DNA of 64,000 bases from the NCBI RefSeq assembly GCF_009914755.1, contig NC_060937.1. One strand, 5' to 3'. Below are positions 30,263-44,730 of this stretch, in pieces. A program made the translations under genes and the position numbers. The notes under the pieces are model-generated. The model made no database searches, was not told where the DNA came from, and saw nothing but the letters and a program-made list of their open reading frames with translations. Source of the stretch: the human T2T-CHM13v2.0 reference genome, Homo sapiens. Positions within the stretch are counted from its first letter, which is position 1. The number at the start of each line of letters is the position of its first letter.

Positions 30263-32074
30263 ATAGCTGAACTTTAAACTGGAGACATAAAGTTACACAT
30301 GTCCTGGAAAATGTTTGGTTTAGGGAAAGTTCAGATATTTCACTGTGTAATGTAGCTGAATATTTTGATTATTCTTGAGATGTTAGATCCATAATTCTGT
30401 TCATTTCTAACTTAATAACTATATATCCTCATTCAATAAATATTTATTCAGTTACATCTAAACAAATAATTTGTGACAGTTTAAAAGAAAAATTCCATTT
30501 GTTATCAAATAGTTTCAATTACCAGTACATTTTAGTATATAGGAGTGTGAGCACAAACAAACATATTAATTGCTTATTGCACCAATCATTGTGCTACAAG
30601 CTAGGAGTACAAAGATGTATATATAGCCAGAGAAGTAACTGGAAGAGAAGGCCTACATGATTAAAAAACAAATACAAATTCATTTTTGTAGCAGTCAAGC
30701 ACAATTATTAAATGATTAGTAAAAGTCCTTTGTAAAGTTCTATCGTGAAAAATAAATTTAATCTTGACCAGATGGAAAACATGACCTTTGATCTCTACCA
30801 CATATAAAATATAGAAATTCAAACACAATAGTATTTACTATTAGGCACCAATGACTGTAATGAGAACAAGAGCTTAATTCAAAAAGAGAAGAAACTAATG
30901 TTTAGAATAATAAATGAAACAGACCATAATTAATTGGCTTTCTAAATATTGTTATGAGTAGTAACCAACATTCAGTCTGTTGCTGTAATCAGTCCATGGC
31001 ACTTACTTAATCACATGTTTATTTTAGAGTCACACATTTGTTTTAGCTTAATTAAATTAATATATTTATACCCCTTCAAAAAGATTTGAGTTTGAGGTTT
31101 TCAAAATGTTCCTACAAGCTTTTAAGGATCTAAGAGAATTATTATTCATTCATGAATATATCTATTTCTGTTTAAAGAAAATCACAAAAATAATCACATA
31201 AAATAGGAATTATTAATCAGGTATTGACGAAATAGTTTGTAGAAATTTCTTATTTTGCTAATCGGCTCTTTGCAGAACAACCTGGCTGGGAGGAACCTAC
31301 TTTTCTTTTTGTTGGATAAGAAAGTAACGTGAACAGGAGAAGTTTTGTTCCAAAGATTAAAATAAATGAATAGCAAATAAATCCCTTTATTATATGCTTT
31401 AGTATATATGGGCATATAGCCTTCCTCATTCTTCAAATTAGTTCCAGACAGCAACTAGATTGATTAGATGATGACTGAGTCATTTCTGGAGTTATCAGGT
31501 TTCTTTTCACTTTGGTGGCCTGTTCCCATATTTTTCTCCAGTGCAGGGTTGGGTCTACTTATTGTTGACTACTAAATTTGCATTACTTGGAAATAAGGAA
31601 GTTGATAAAAAACGTTCTATTGGATGCATATTTTTGCTCACCTTCTCTAGTTTAGAGGTCCTGGCCTTGTAATAATCTGCTGTATTCTAGTTCCTAAATG
31701 TTTCTGTTTCCTAGGTAGCATGTAGAGATGCTGACACTGAAGATGGTAAAAGTGAGAACAGATGCAAAGGTGCTACTGGAAACTGGTTAGAGCTTAAGGT
31801 TAAAAAACTAAAAGCTGCTGATTGTATTCATATGGTGTGATGTCAGTAACCTGCACATTTAAGCACTGACAGAAAAAAAGGCACATTTTTACTTTTTCAT
31901 CATTTAGATGGAGAATTTGTTTTTGTCTTTTTATTTTGTATCTAAAAATTCTTTTAGTTCTTTAAGCAACTATTTTTGAGTCACTGGCCCAGAAATTTTC
32001 ATGACTGTGGCATCTGGAACTAAATTTATACTTGAATGTGCACCTCTAAGAGATAAGGTGAATTCAAATGGTAC

Positions 32075-32276
32075 CTGCATATTTCTGTCATCTTGTCCAA
32101 TCATGTTTCTCCATTCCATGAGTGATCGCTGCAGACGTTCAAGTCCAGTTTCCCAAAGCCTGATGTGACCTCCCATATCAACAGTAACAACACCGCTTTT
32201 GTCCCACTCAGCCAGCAGTGCATCTGTGTCTGAAATGGTCGACAGCCATGTGGTATACGGCGAGAGAGATTCTGAT
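32075..32276 (-). CDS. VWA8: VWA8 coding exon J (202 nt): SESLSPYTTWLSTISDTDALLAEWDKSGVVTVDMGGHIRLWETGLERLQRSLMEWRNMIGQDDRNMQ
   Basis: ccttttttccag acceptor, CAG|gtacca donor, phase 2 to 0; overlaps ORF 31970..32344. Confidence 0.95.
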
Positions 32277-32645
32277 CTGGAAAAAGGAATCCAAGTGAAG
32301 CTAAGAGACCACAAAAATAAAGCAGGAGGGATGACACTGCACATTGTAATGTTCTTTACTGTTGAAAAAGTATGCTCACACTACTCATTATTTTATACCT
32401 GCTCTTACCTCTGTCACCACATAGGCAGGTTATGAGGATACGCTATGAGCAAAAGTTCTTAAACAAACATGCCCAGGGTTCGTAAGCAAACATGAGGCAG
32501 GACAATCATGAATATAAAAAAAAACCAGAAAGACTATTTTAAGAAAGATGTTTTTATAAGTGATCACAGTATATAACTAATTGGTAGGCCAGGAAACAAA
32601 GCTGGTTTAAACTGATTAGGTTCTCTAAACTTGCTATAAAGAATT

Positions 32646-33047
32646 TGCTATGGACTAAATGCTTGTATCCGCATCCCCCCGCCCGCCAAATTCATATGTT
32701 GAAGCCCTAACCCCCAATATGATAGTATTAGGAGGTGGGTACTTTTGGAGGTAGTTAGGCTTAGATGAAGTTGTGAGGGTAGAGCCTCTTTTATAGAATG
32801 GGATTAGGGCCCTTATGAGAAGAGACCAGAAAGCTTGCACTTGCATGTGGTCTCTGCCTGTTTCCCTTCCCCCCCATTCATGTTAGGATACAGCAAGAAG
32901 TTAGCCCTCTGTAAGACAGCCTTCACTAGGAACTGAATTGGCTGGCCCCTTTATTTTGGCTTTCCCAGCCTCCAGACTGAAAATAAATATTTGTCACTTA
33001 AGCTACCCACTCTATAGTATTCTGCTGTAACAGCCTGATCTAAGACA
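32646..33047 (+). mobile_element. MaLR solo LTR (MLT1A-like)
   Basis: tgctatggactaaatg...ctaagaca termini (TG..CA), 5-bp TSD gaatt/gaact. Confidence 0.88.
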
Positions 33048-34636
33048 GAACTCTAATAATGAGCACATTAAAAGACAAGATATCAACAGAACCATCTGTA
33101 AGAAGCAAAAATACACTGTAATTTACTGGTTCTCTGCATTTTCCTGTATTTCCTGACAGTGGACGACACTAGCTTCCACTGTCAGGAAGAAAGGAACCCT
33201 ATACCAGTTCATACCTCACACGCTAATGAGTGAGTACTGGACTCACTCCTTAGAGGCCTAATGTCAGTGCTGAAACCAATTTCTTGTTTATGCATTTCGA
33301 CTGCATTTGTATGTGATATTTTGCCTTTTCTGACTTAGAAAGTTACGTGACTCTATAACAAGGAATGTATAGATTTCTTACATATTTCACACATATTTCA
33401 TTATATATTTCTGACATCTGTATATGTGTGTATATATATATGTATGTATAGTAATTTCTAGGAAAGCAAATTTGTCTGTAAGAGTCAACTGCATATCTCC
33501 TTTATCTGAGTATAGCTCTTATTATACAAAAGTGATACAGATTATAAATTCCTATTGTCAGTGTTGGCTTGCAAAATGCATCTGATATTTTCTATATGAA
33601 ATAAATAGTCTAAAGAGATGGTCTGATAAGAAAAACATAACAAGCTATCATTGTAGATTTTGGAAAAACACAAAACCATTATATATTAGGTAAATTCTTA
33701 TAATATTCTAAAAGATAAATCAAGACTAATTTGACCTTTTTTCAGTCTGCCTTAGTTGATACTAAACACAGAGTGACAAGGGCGGCCACTCTTGGACACA
33801 GAAGACTTAGAAAATGTTCATATGAGAACAACAGTGGGATGGGACCATATGTTCTGAGCTACTTTACAGGACTCCCAGAAGGGCTCAAAGAAGGTAACAT
33901 TTGATACAATACATGGTACTCTATCAATAAATATTTGCTGCAGGAAAAAACTTAGTAGTTACAGATGATGGAGTAAGGGGCTATTCAAGAATAATGAAAT
34001 TTATCCATTTGTAACTATGTTGTTTGAAATTCTGCCAAGAACACCCAAGCTGTATGATTCTATTGACCACTGTACCTACTAATTGTCACTACTTAACTCT
34101 TCATAGCAAAACTTTACATTTACAGGCAATTTCTTTAATTTATTTAAAAAAAATTACTGAAGAAATTACATATTTACTACAATTTGCACACTAGGTCTAA
34201 AATCTTTTCTTCACTTAAAGAATGTTTTCCTTATAAATAATAACAAAGTTTTAAATGAACACATAGAATTATAGTAGAGTGAAGCCTAAATTTATACACA
34301 GCCACATATGAAAGCTTGGCAGTACTACTTTACAAATGCAGATAATATAAAACTTTGAAGAAAATTATGTGAGAGCAAAAGTGATGTATTCATTTTGGCC
34401 CTGAAGCTACATACAGTTTTATTGTATTTTCTATTATTTGAAATTAGCTATCAAATGGAAAATTCCTGATATCTAGCAGAATGCTAAATCTAAGCTACTA
34501 GCAAAAAACTGAAGTCCAGATGGGTTGTTCCCTTGGATTTTATACATATGTCAAAAAAAGCAGTAGTTAAGAGAAACTCAGGACATACTGACAATGAAAC
34601 AGACTCTAAATTCATACTGACAATGAAACAGACTCT

Positions 34637-34910
34637 TGACACTTGAAATGTGGCAAGTCCAAATGGAGATGTGCTTTAAGTGTAAAATACATACTGAATT
34701 TCAGAGACTTAGGGAAAAAAAGGAATGTAAAATATTTCATTAAAAATTTCATATTGACTACATGTCAAAATAATAATATTTTTGATACATTGGGTTAAAT
34801 AAAATATATTAAAATTAATTTCACCTTAAAACAATATTTTAGTGTGTCTACCAAGAAATATATAATTACATATATGGCTTTCATTATATTTCCATTGGAC
34901 AGTGCAGCCC
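34637..34910. mobile_element. MER33-like hAT-Charlie element, one end truncated
   Basis: cacttgaaatgtggc...gtgtaaaatacatactgaatttc...ttggacagtgc. Confidence 0.75.
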
Positions 34911-36343
34911 TAACTGAATGAATTATGGTGGCCAGCTGGCTCTGGGCTGTGCACACAGCTGCTCTTCCAGATGTTCTTTCCATGGCAGGTATAACATGTG
35001 ATTCATACGGAAAGTTAAAAGAGAAAAACGCTGAAATAAAAAACTAGTGAGAGAAATGACTATAAATACTGGAAAAAATTATCAATGTTTTAGATATGTT
35101 AAAAAAGATGTTATTTGCTTTTGTTACTTGAATTAGTATATTTTAATGAGCATATAATTAAGATGGAATATGCAATTTCCTCAAATGATTAAAAGCCATT
35201 TTCCATTAAACCAACACATTAGGATGTTCCAAGAAGTCATACTTATATATGTTGGAAGAAGTATATTTATTTCTTTGAATGATTTTGTTTTCATATTTTT
35301 TTAATCTGATTAAAGGGTCCTAAGAAATGAAGCTGTGTTTCTGAGTTATTTGTGCTATCATGCCGAGCTATCTTCTTCTAGGGGTTGGAGAAGGGGGAAG
35401 AAAGGAAGCCTGGTGACATTTTGGGTGACTGACAGATTCTGTTGTCCCTGGTCTTCCTCTGCAGGCCCTCCAGGCTACTCTGCTAGAGCTTCTAGCCAAG
35501 ACTTCAACCACTGTGTTGTGAGGGCTCAGTGGCAATGTGAGGGAGTACATGAGAGGAGCAGATGTGATTGCAATATAGGTCAAAATAGAGTAGAAAGATT
35601 AGAGGAAGAAGGCTTTGGCATGGAGGGCAAAGAAAGGGAAAAAGAGGAACCTAGGATAAGTAGGCCAAAGCAGGTGCAAGCTTAGGTTGGAAGAGGGAAA
35701 TAAGGCATGGATGCACCCAGAAAGGGACGGGCTCCAGGTGATGATGCCTGTGTTCTTCAAGGGACAGATCAAGCTTTATTGTTTCTGTTTTTAAATCCTC
35801 AGTTTACCTAGTTTAAATGCTTTGCTTCCATAGTGGGACAATAATGAAGGAGGCGAACAGTAATAAGTCCTATTCTAAAGCTTTGGGATCCTTTGGCTAT
35901 TGTACAACCTCCCTGACTGCAGATGCATAATAACATATATCAAAACAATATTAAAGAAATCTATTTAAATTGTTTTGATATTTTGAACACATTTACTTCA
36001 GAAAATACATACACAAAGTTAATAAGTATTATAATTTTTGTAATACTAAAAATGCTATTCAGATACAGAAAAACTTATTAGAACAGATCAAACAAAAGAG
36101 AACAAAGACTTGCAGGCTGTTTGACTTATACCTATGTAACACTGGAATATTTTTACAAAATGAAAATAAAAATGCCAGGAAAACATTCAGAAGAACAGCA
36201 AGATAGAAACCAACTGTAACTGGAAAAAAAAAGAGCTTGCTATTTAAAGAAGCAAAAAAGTACTCATTTATTCAGAGTACTTAGCAAGAATTTACTCATT
36301 TTTTATGACATACTAAGCTAAGAACAAAGGTGAAATGGATTAC

Positions 36344-36425
36344 CTGGGAATAGGGATATATCGGAGTTTCTTTGATTGAAGATCAGTGACTTCTATATAA
36401 CCAGATGTTTGTGGAGGAGTAACAT
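36344..36425 (-). CDS. VWA8: VWA8 coding exon I (82 nt): DVTPPQTSGYIEVTDLQSKKLRYIPIPR
   Basis: ttgtttgtag acceptor, CAG|gtaatc donor, phase 1 to 2; bridges the phases of exons H and J exactly. Confidence 0.93.
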
Positions 36426-36749
36426 CTACAAACAAGTCATGACATGAGCCAAGTATTAAATTACTGCAAGATACCAAAATGGTGCTAAAAGTGGAATCAA
36501 GTTATCTGTAGCCTAGGGTAGAACGCTGGGATCTACTTGACAAGGTACTGGGTCAACCCTCATGGCTAGACTCTGAGAAATATGCTTCCCTCAGGGAAGC
36601 ATATTGGGCTGTGATTCTTTACTGTCAGAAAACAACCTAAGTTATTTTCATTGTCTTTGATAGCTTCCCAAGATGAGTCAATGTTTTTGCATTTACAGTT
36701 TTTTTAAAAAATATTTCATCATCTGAACTGTTTTTCCTTCTTAGGAAGC

Positions 36750-37040
36750 AACAACAATGCAGTAAAATGTGGTGGAATCGGCACACTCTCTAATTAGACT
36801 GACCTGGTAGGAAGTCCTGCTCCTGTCCGAGCTGTGTTAGGTTGGTCAAGTTATTGACCTCTCTGAGGCCTGCTTTCTTCATTTGTAAAATGGGGATAAC
36901 AACCCCACTGTAAAATGGGGATAACAACCTCAGATGACCACAGCATCTGAGCATCATAAGCATTATCCTGAGGATTAGATGAAATTAGTAAATGCAAAGC
37001 ACCGACAGGGGTTGCTCATCACACAGTATCTGTCATTATT
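36750..37040 (+). mobile_element. MIR SINE with internal 21-bp duplication
   Basis: tgtaaaatggggataacaacc occurs at 36884-36904 and 36909-36929. Confidence 0.8.
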
Positions 37041-37099
37041 AGGGCCCTGCAAGACAGGGGAAGGTGAGGTGAGGATGGGGCAGTGGGGTGAGGACTCTG

Positions 37100-38291
<1,192 letters not shown>

Positions 38292-38907
38292 AGGATCCTG
38301 GATAGTAAAGAATATGAAAAGTTGGGGGAAGATAAAGAGATAAGGGGTCCAGAGCCCTCAACTAATTCTATAATTGTTATACTCATGTGATGTCATTAGT
38401 ATACCTCAGTGTTGGTTTTCCAGCAAATTCCTGTGCTACACTGATTTCTATTCCACAGCCCTGAGTAACCATCATCCTCAAAATCATTAGCTGCCACCAT
38501 GGTGTGTCAGAAACACTGCTTAGTCTTCACAGAGAGTGCTTCTGATACTGACAACAACAAAGACTAATAATTCTTGTCTGAGAGATGAAGAAACTGAGGC
38601 TTATAGAGGTAATGTAACAATATGACTTATTTGGGGTGATACAGCTGGAGAGTGATGGAGATGGCTTCAAACCCAGGCCTCTTTAGCACTAAAATCTATG
38701 CTCTGGCCACCACTCCACACAACTTCTATGTGAGTTGGCCCTAGTGAAATAGCTATTTGTAAAATATCCCATTTTATAAAATCTTGGCCACCAAGTTCTC
38801 TTAAAAAAAACTCCCCAACACAAAACCCAAGCTTTTTAAGATTTTTGTCTGTTTCTCTATCTAATCTTTGATGACAATTTCTGATTAGAATTATATATTT
38901 ATCTATT

Positions 38908-38939
38908 CATCCATCCATCCATCCATCCATCCATCCATC
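38908..38939. repeat. (CATC)8 tetranucleotide repeat
   Basis: catccatc... run. Confidence 0.95.
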
Positions 38940-41900
38940 TTTTATTACAATTTCTGGTTGGAATGAAGTATCCAGGATGTCCTGGATAAATTCAAATTTG
39001 AATTTATCAAATGTAGTTTACAAAAAACAAGAAACTTGACATTTTTATTTCATGCATGTAGTTGAAGGTTTTTAAATAGGCCAGCTGAAAAACTCGACAT
39101 ATCTCCTATTTATTTAACAAATGTGTTTGAGCATATTTTGCGCCAGACATCATATGAAACAGCGAGGATACAGAAAAGAGATGTGGTCTCTGACTTTGAG
39201 GCATTCACAGTAAAATGAGGAAAGTTCCTTTTTATTAAACCATTGTGGGCCTCTGGGGACTTGGAAAGGATTCTAGAGTTGGAATCACAGTCCTGAGGCC
39301 AGGTATGAGCTGCAGAGCTAGGCATGGGTTGTCCCAAGAGACAAATAGCTCAGCAGGAAGAAAAGGTAATGTCCAAGGAGAGGAATGGGTAAGAAAATAG
39401 AGTTACTATAGTAATTTGACCACCCAGCTGGATTAGCTGTCTTCAAGTGGCCATTTGCACAAAATGAATATGCTTATCGTAAGCCACACACAGTCTGCAT
39501 TGGAAATTCTGCCTGTGATATAAGGTCAATCTTGGATAAAGTTTTGTATCATATATCATTTTTAACAATTCCTGCTGCTCGAACCTAGCTGAAGTAGGTT
39601 GAATTATTTATAGCTCAGGGTTCTCTGCCAAGAGTGACCAGTTACTGAAGCTATAGAGATGAGTGGAGCTGCCTCGCTAACTAACTTACTCATATTTTGG
39701 CTTGCCACTTAGAGGCACTTTTACAAATAAGGAATAGTATTAAGTTGAGCTACTGCCATCAGCACTTTTAGATTGCCTGTGAAAGCAAAGTAAGCCAACT
39801 TATTTTAAAATATCTTTTTTTTCCCATATCTTTCTTTTCTTTTACTTTGCTAATTAATTCCTTGGTGAGAAAATGCAATAATGACAGTGTCTACTATTTC
39901 AAGAAGTAGAAAGCAAGAATTTTACTCCTGGTATTAAGAACTATTTTCATATATCAGAGAAGGGTAATTGTGGCTACAGATCACTTCAGGGAAATATAGT
40001 AAAGGTGGTGGTAGTGGTGGTAGTAGCAGTAAGCACTTTAAAAATAATAAAAATTGATGTTTACTGATTTGAAAATAAGTCAGCTCAGAAGAAAAGAATA
40101 TTTACAAAAAGATTCTTGAACAGAATACTTGACTGAATTAAGGAAGTGAAAACTGTGGCCAGGTTTCCCTCCAAACTTAGCCAAGTCCTCATCCATCCAT
40201 TTTAAACGTTTTAACACTGGAGTGAGGATGGAGGCTCAGTAAATTTCCATTACATTTATAATCCAGGTGGATTTCAAAGATAGGTATAAGTTGTATTTAG
40301 GGATTAGTTCACTAACCATTAAAGGGAAGTCATTGCAGCAGTGTTTATCACATAGCTCCCATGAATAGTGGGGACAGTTTACATGCACAGTGCCAAGGTT
40401 AGAAGGAGGTATTAAAAACTGTCAGGCAAAACAACCAAGACAATTTTCAGAGGGAAGGTGAAATGCTATTTAAAAAGTCACTCCTTCTAGAACTGTAATT
40501 TGATGTACACCTATTAATCACTGGGTTTAACACACTTCTGTGTTCACAGATAAAAAGAGTGATGTGTGCCCCCAAACTGTGCTGATACCAAATTTTTGAT
40601 TTTACCCAAAGTTCAAAAAAACATTGTACTGCTTTCAATCAAGAATCATTATTTTGTGTTTAAAGAGCTCAGACCTGTGGTTTAAAAGAAGCTAGCATTT
40701 AGCTAGAAGAAAAACAGTTGGAAGAAAGCAATAAATTTCTCCCCATCTGCATTAAATAAAAGCTACCTCATTATTGTGAAAGCCACCAGGAGAGTAGTCT
40801 TTACAGTTGATTTCTTTATAAAAGGCTGATATACATTAGTTCCAGACTAATTAGATGGTTGGATTTGGTTTACTTTACAAAATTATTCTAGCTTGAATTT
40901 TCATCAGAGATCTACATGCACATAGAATTAAGTATCAAAAAGGCTTAAAGAACAAACAGCCCTGCTTTACCCCCTACCCGCCCCCGGCCGCCCCACCATT
41001 TCCTGCCCCCTAGAGACACTTTCAACTTTTTAAGCTATTTCTGTGGTATTCACCTTCATCATTATGGTGCCCTCTTGATGTTTCAGCTTCAGGTATTATC
41101 TCTTGCCTTCCTCCCAAGCAAGAAGAGAGTTTAACTCTTTTTCATTCCCCAATCCCCCACTCCCGATTTTCCCATCCCCCCAAACATTCATATAATTTTG
41201 CTTGGATTAACATCCAGTGCTTATATTATTATAATTATCTAAATGCTAATCACAGCTTTGCTATGTCTTATATTATCATTACTTTTTCCTGTATAACTTT
41301 TTGCTTTCATTGGAGCTAATAAGCATCATGTTTTGTTTGTTTAGTTTTATTTAGTACAAATTTATTCCCAAGGTTCCCTAATTGTTAAAATCTCTAAATA
41401 TGTTCATATATATTGGGTTTATCAATTTCAATTTCTAAGAGACATCTCTCCTGAAATGTCATCTGTTCTAATCTTAGGCCTGTGCATGGCTGTTACCCTG
41501 GGATCTTCCTTCACCATGCTCATAGGGATTTTCATTCTTTCTCTCTTTTTTTACAGCCCACATTTATAAAATTCTTCCCCCATGCCAGACATTGTCCTAA
41601 GCACTTTATATATGTTTGGAATATTTTAGTAACACTACTTAAACAAAAGAAGGGAAATAAAACTCCTAGAACCTAAGAGAAAAATGGCTAAATAGGCAGT
41701 TCTTGGAAGAGCAAATGGCAACATATGAAAGGATGCTCAAATGTACTAAAAGTCAGAAAAAGGTAATGTGAAACCACAATAAAAGGTTTGACCCTTACAA
41801 GAGTAGATTAGGATGGGATGGACCAGGATCCCCTTTATGCTACTGGAACACCTTTGGTAATTCTGCTCCTAAATATGTTCCCTACAGACTCAACATATAC

Positions 41901-42051
41901 ACAAGCAGACTGGTGCAAGGCTATTCATAGCACCATTATTTGTAATAGCAAAAACCTGGAAAGAACCTAAATTTGCACTGACAAATAACAGATGAATAAA
42001 TTGTTGTATGTGAAGCAGTGAAAATAAAAGTAGAACTATCAGTATGGATGA

Positions 42052-42534
42052 TGACAAAGGTCTCTCTTTGACTGAACTGTAGTCAGGCTCTTCTGAATCT
42101 TCTTCCCAACTAGTTCCCAACTCCGGGGCCTCTGTGTTCATCTCTGCATTGTTCAATGCTAACAAGAATCCTGCTAAGTCAGTTTAAACAGAATCCCTAA
42201 CCCTTGATATCTGATTGGGTTCCCCATTCTCCACCATCCCCCAGGTGATGTCAGATCACTCTCGGCTGCTCTCAGCAGGGATCCTGTTAGGTTTGTTCAG
42301 CCAGAATTCCCTCTTATCCTAGATGTTTTCTCTCAGTAATTTTCCATCCACTGACCCCCACCCTACTCCTTCACTTATTTCCACTTTTCCTTGTTATATT
42401 CAGAGTTGAGCCCCATCTCTTTCCCTTACTACAAAACTTCTTTGCAGTCATCCCTAGACCTATCAAGATGGCCCTGCATAAAGCCTACCTTCCCATTTTC
42501 TAACAAATGTCATGAATGATTTTTTTCTTTAGCA
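42052..42534 (+). mobile_element. MER31-like ERV1 solo LTR inserted in an old L1M
   Basis: tgacaaaggtctctctttgac...aagaatcctgctaagtcagttt...ttctttagca; host L1 resumes at aatctcacaaacat. Confidence 0.78.
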
Positions 42535-43167
42535 ACAAATCTCACAAACATGATGGTGAAAAAAACAGACCAAGTTGCAGAAGAATAAATACAATATGAT
42601 ACTATTTACACAAAGTTTAAAAACATAAAAAAAGCTATATGTTATTTTGTGAATGATAAGTACTGAACTCACATTCAGAATAGAGATTACCTCTAGTTTG
42701 TCAAAAAGTGAAGGAGATGAGAACACAGGGGTCTCTGACCATACTGGTAATGACTTACCAATATGGGTGGTGGGTGCAAAGATGTTCTTTGTATTTTTCT
42801 TTAAACTTTTGTAGGCCTGAGATATTTTGTGAAAAATTAAAATACACATGGAAACATAAACACACTCTTCCCGTCCCCAAATAGGAAGTGTTATGAGAGA
42901 GTATGACAAGGGCACCTAATATAGATTTGAACAAGACCTTCTGAGGAAGTGACATTTAAACTGAGAACTGACAGATGAGAATGAGTTTGGGGGTTGGGGG
43001 GAAGGGGTGCAGCAGAAAGTTGGGAAGAATTTTGTAAATTCAAATTAACTGAAAGAAGTCGGAGAGTTATGTAATGGACAAACCACGCTGCATCTTTTAA
43101 GCCAAGTTAAAATTTCTAAACTTTATCCTAAGGACAATGTGACCTGAGTTGTGTTTTAAAATATTAC

Positions 43168-44730
43168 TTTCTGACTAAAACAGTTTTGAAAATGAAGAAC
43201 AAAGTGGAAGAATCTATACTACCTGGGTCAACCAAGACTCACTATAAAATATAAAGCTATAAAGCAATCAAGAGAGTACGGTATTAGTAAAGGGATAGAC
43301 ACATAGACCAATGGAACACAATAGAGAATCCAGAAATAGACCCACTCATGTGGGCAGCTGATTTTCAGCAGAGGTCTAAAGGCAGTGCAAAAGAGAAACG
43401 ACAGGACAGTCTTTTCAGCAAATGGTGCTGGTGCTGGAACAATTGAATATCCCCATGCAATTAAAATAAAGAGCCTCAGTCCATACCTTACACCATGTAA
43501 AAAATTAACTCAAAATGGATCATAAATCTAATGTAAAATATAGAACTATAAAACTTCTAGAAGAAAACATAGAAGATTTGCCCTTCATCAAAATAAGAGA
43601 AAATGTTTGCAAAGTACATCTCTGACACTGAACTTGTATCTACACTAAAGAACACTCAAGAGTTCAGGAGTTTGAGACCAGCCTGGGCAACATGGCAAAA
43701 CCCTGTCTCTACAAAAAAATACAAAAATTAGCCAGATGTGGTGGCATGTGCCTGTAGTCTCAGCTACTCAGTAGCCTGAGTTGGGTGCTGCTTGAGCCTG
43801 GGAGGCAGAGGCTACAGTGAGCTGAAATCGCATCACCACACTCCAGCTTGGGCAACAGAGCAAGACCTTGTCTCAAAACAAACAAACAAAAGGAATGCTC
43901 GAAACTCATTAATAAGAAAATAAATAACCCGATTTAAAAATGGGCAAAAGATCTGAAACATATTTTATTAAAGAAGATACACATAAAACAAAATACTCAA
44001 CATCATTAGGTGCTAGGGAAAACGCAAATTAAAATCATAATGAGAAATCACTACACTCACTAGAATGGTGAGAAACTGACAATACCAAGTGCTGACAGGG
44101 ATGCAGTGCAACTGAAACCTCCATTCATTGCTGATAGAAATGCAAAATGGTATTTCCACTTTGGGAAATAGTTTGGCAGTTTCATCATATGATGCAAAAA
44201 TGCCATTCCTAGGCATTTACTCAAAAGAAGCAAAACCTTATGTTCACTTAAAAACCTGCCCACAAATGTTCATAGTGGCCTTACTCTTTATTGCCCAAAA
44301 CTGGAAAAAACCAATAAATATGTCACCTTGTGAATGGATAAACAAACTGTGGTACATCTATATAATAGGCAACCACTTGGCAATTAAAAAAAAAAAACTA
44401 ATGATACACACATAACATAAAAAATAAATAAATAAATGATTCTCAAATGCACTGTATTAATTGAAAGATGCCAGGCTTAAAAGACCACATACTGTATGAT
44501 TCCATTTATATAATATTCTGGTAAAGGCAAATCTATAAGAAAAGAAATCAGGTCAGTGATAAGTTGTAGGTAAGTGCAGGCACTGACACAAAATGGAATG
44601 GGGGAAGTTTTTGGGGTGATGAAACTCTTCTATATCAAGTGTGGTAGTGGTTACCCAACTGTTTGTGTCTGCCAAACTCACAGAACTATATGCTAGAAAT
44701 GGTGAATTTTACTGTATATAAACCGAGCTT
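43168..44730 (+). mobile_element. Old L1M ORF2 end plus 3'UTR, interrupted by an Alu
   Basis: gacacatagaccaatggaac, aaaaatgggcaaaagatctgaa, tgaatggataaacaaactgtggtacatc motifs. Confidence 0.85.
43660..43891 (+). mobile_element. 5'-truncated AluJ
   Basis: Starts mid left arm; (CAAA)n tail. Confidence 0.88.

Noticed and set aside
31471-31483. AP-1 (TGAGTCA) motif in a short palindrome, with other copies near 31977 and 36674
   Set aside because: A 7-mer is expected several times by chance in 64 kb; no supporting evidence.
35335-35685. 116-aa plus-strand ORF
   Set aside because: Non-ATG start in purine-rich sequence, probably ancient repeat-derived; no domain signature.
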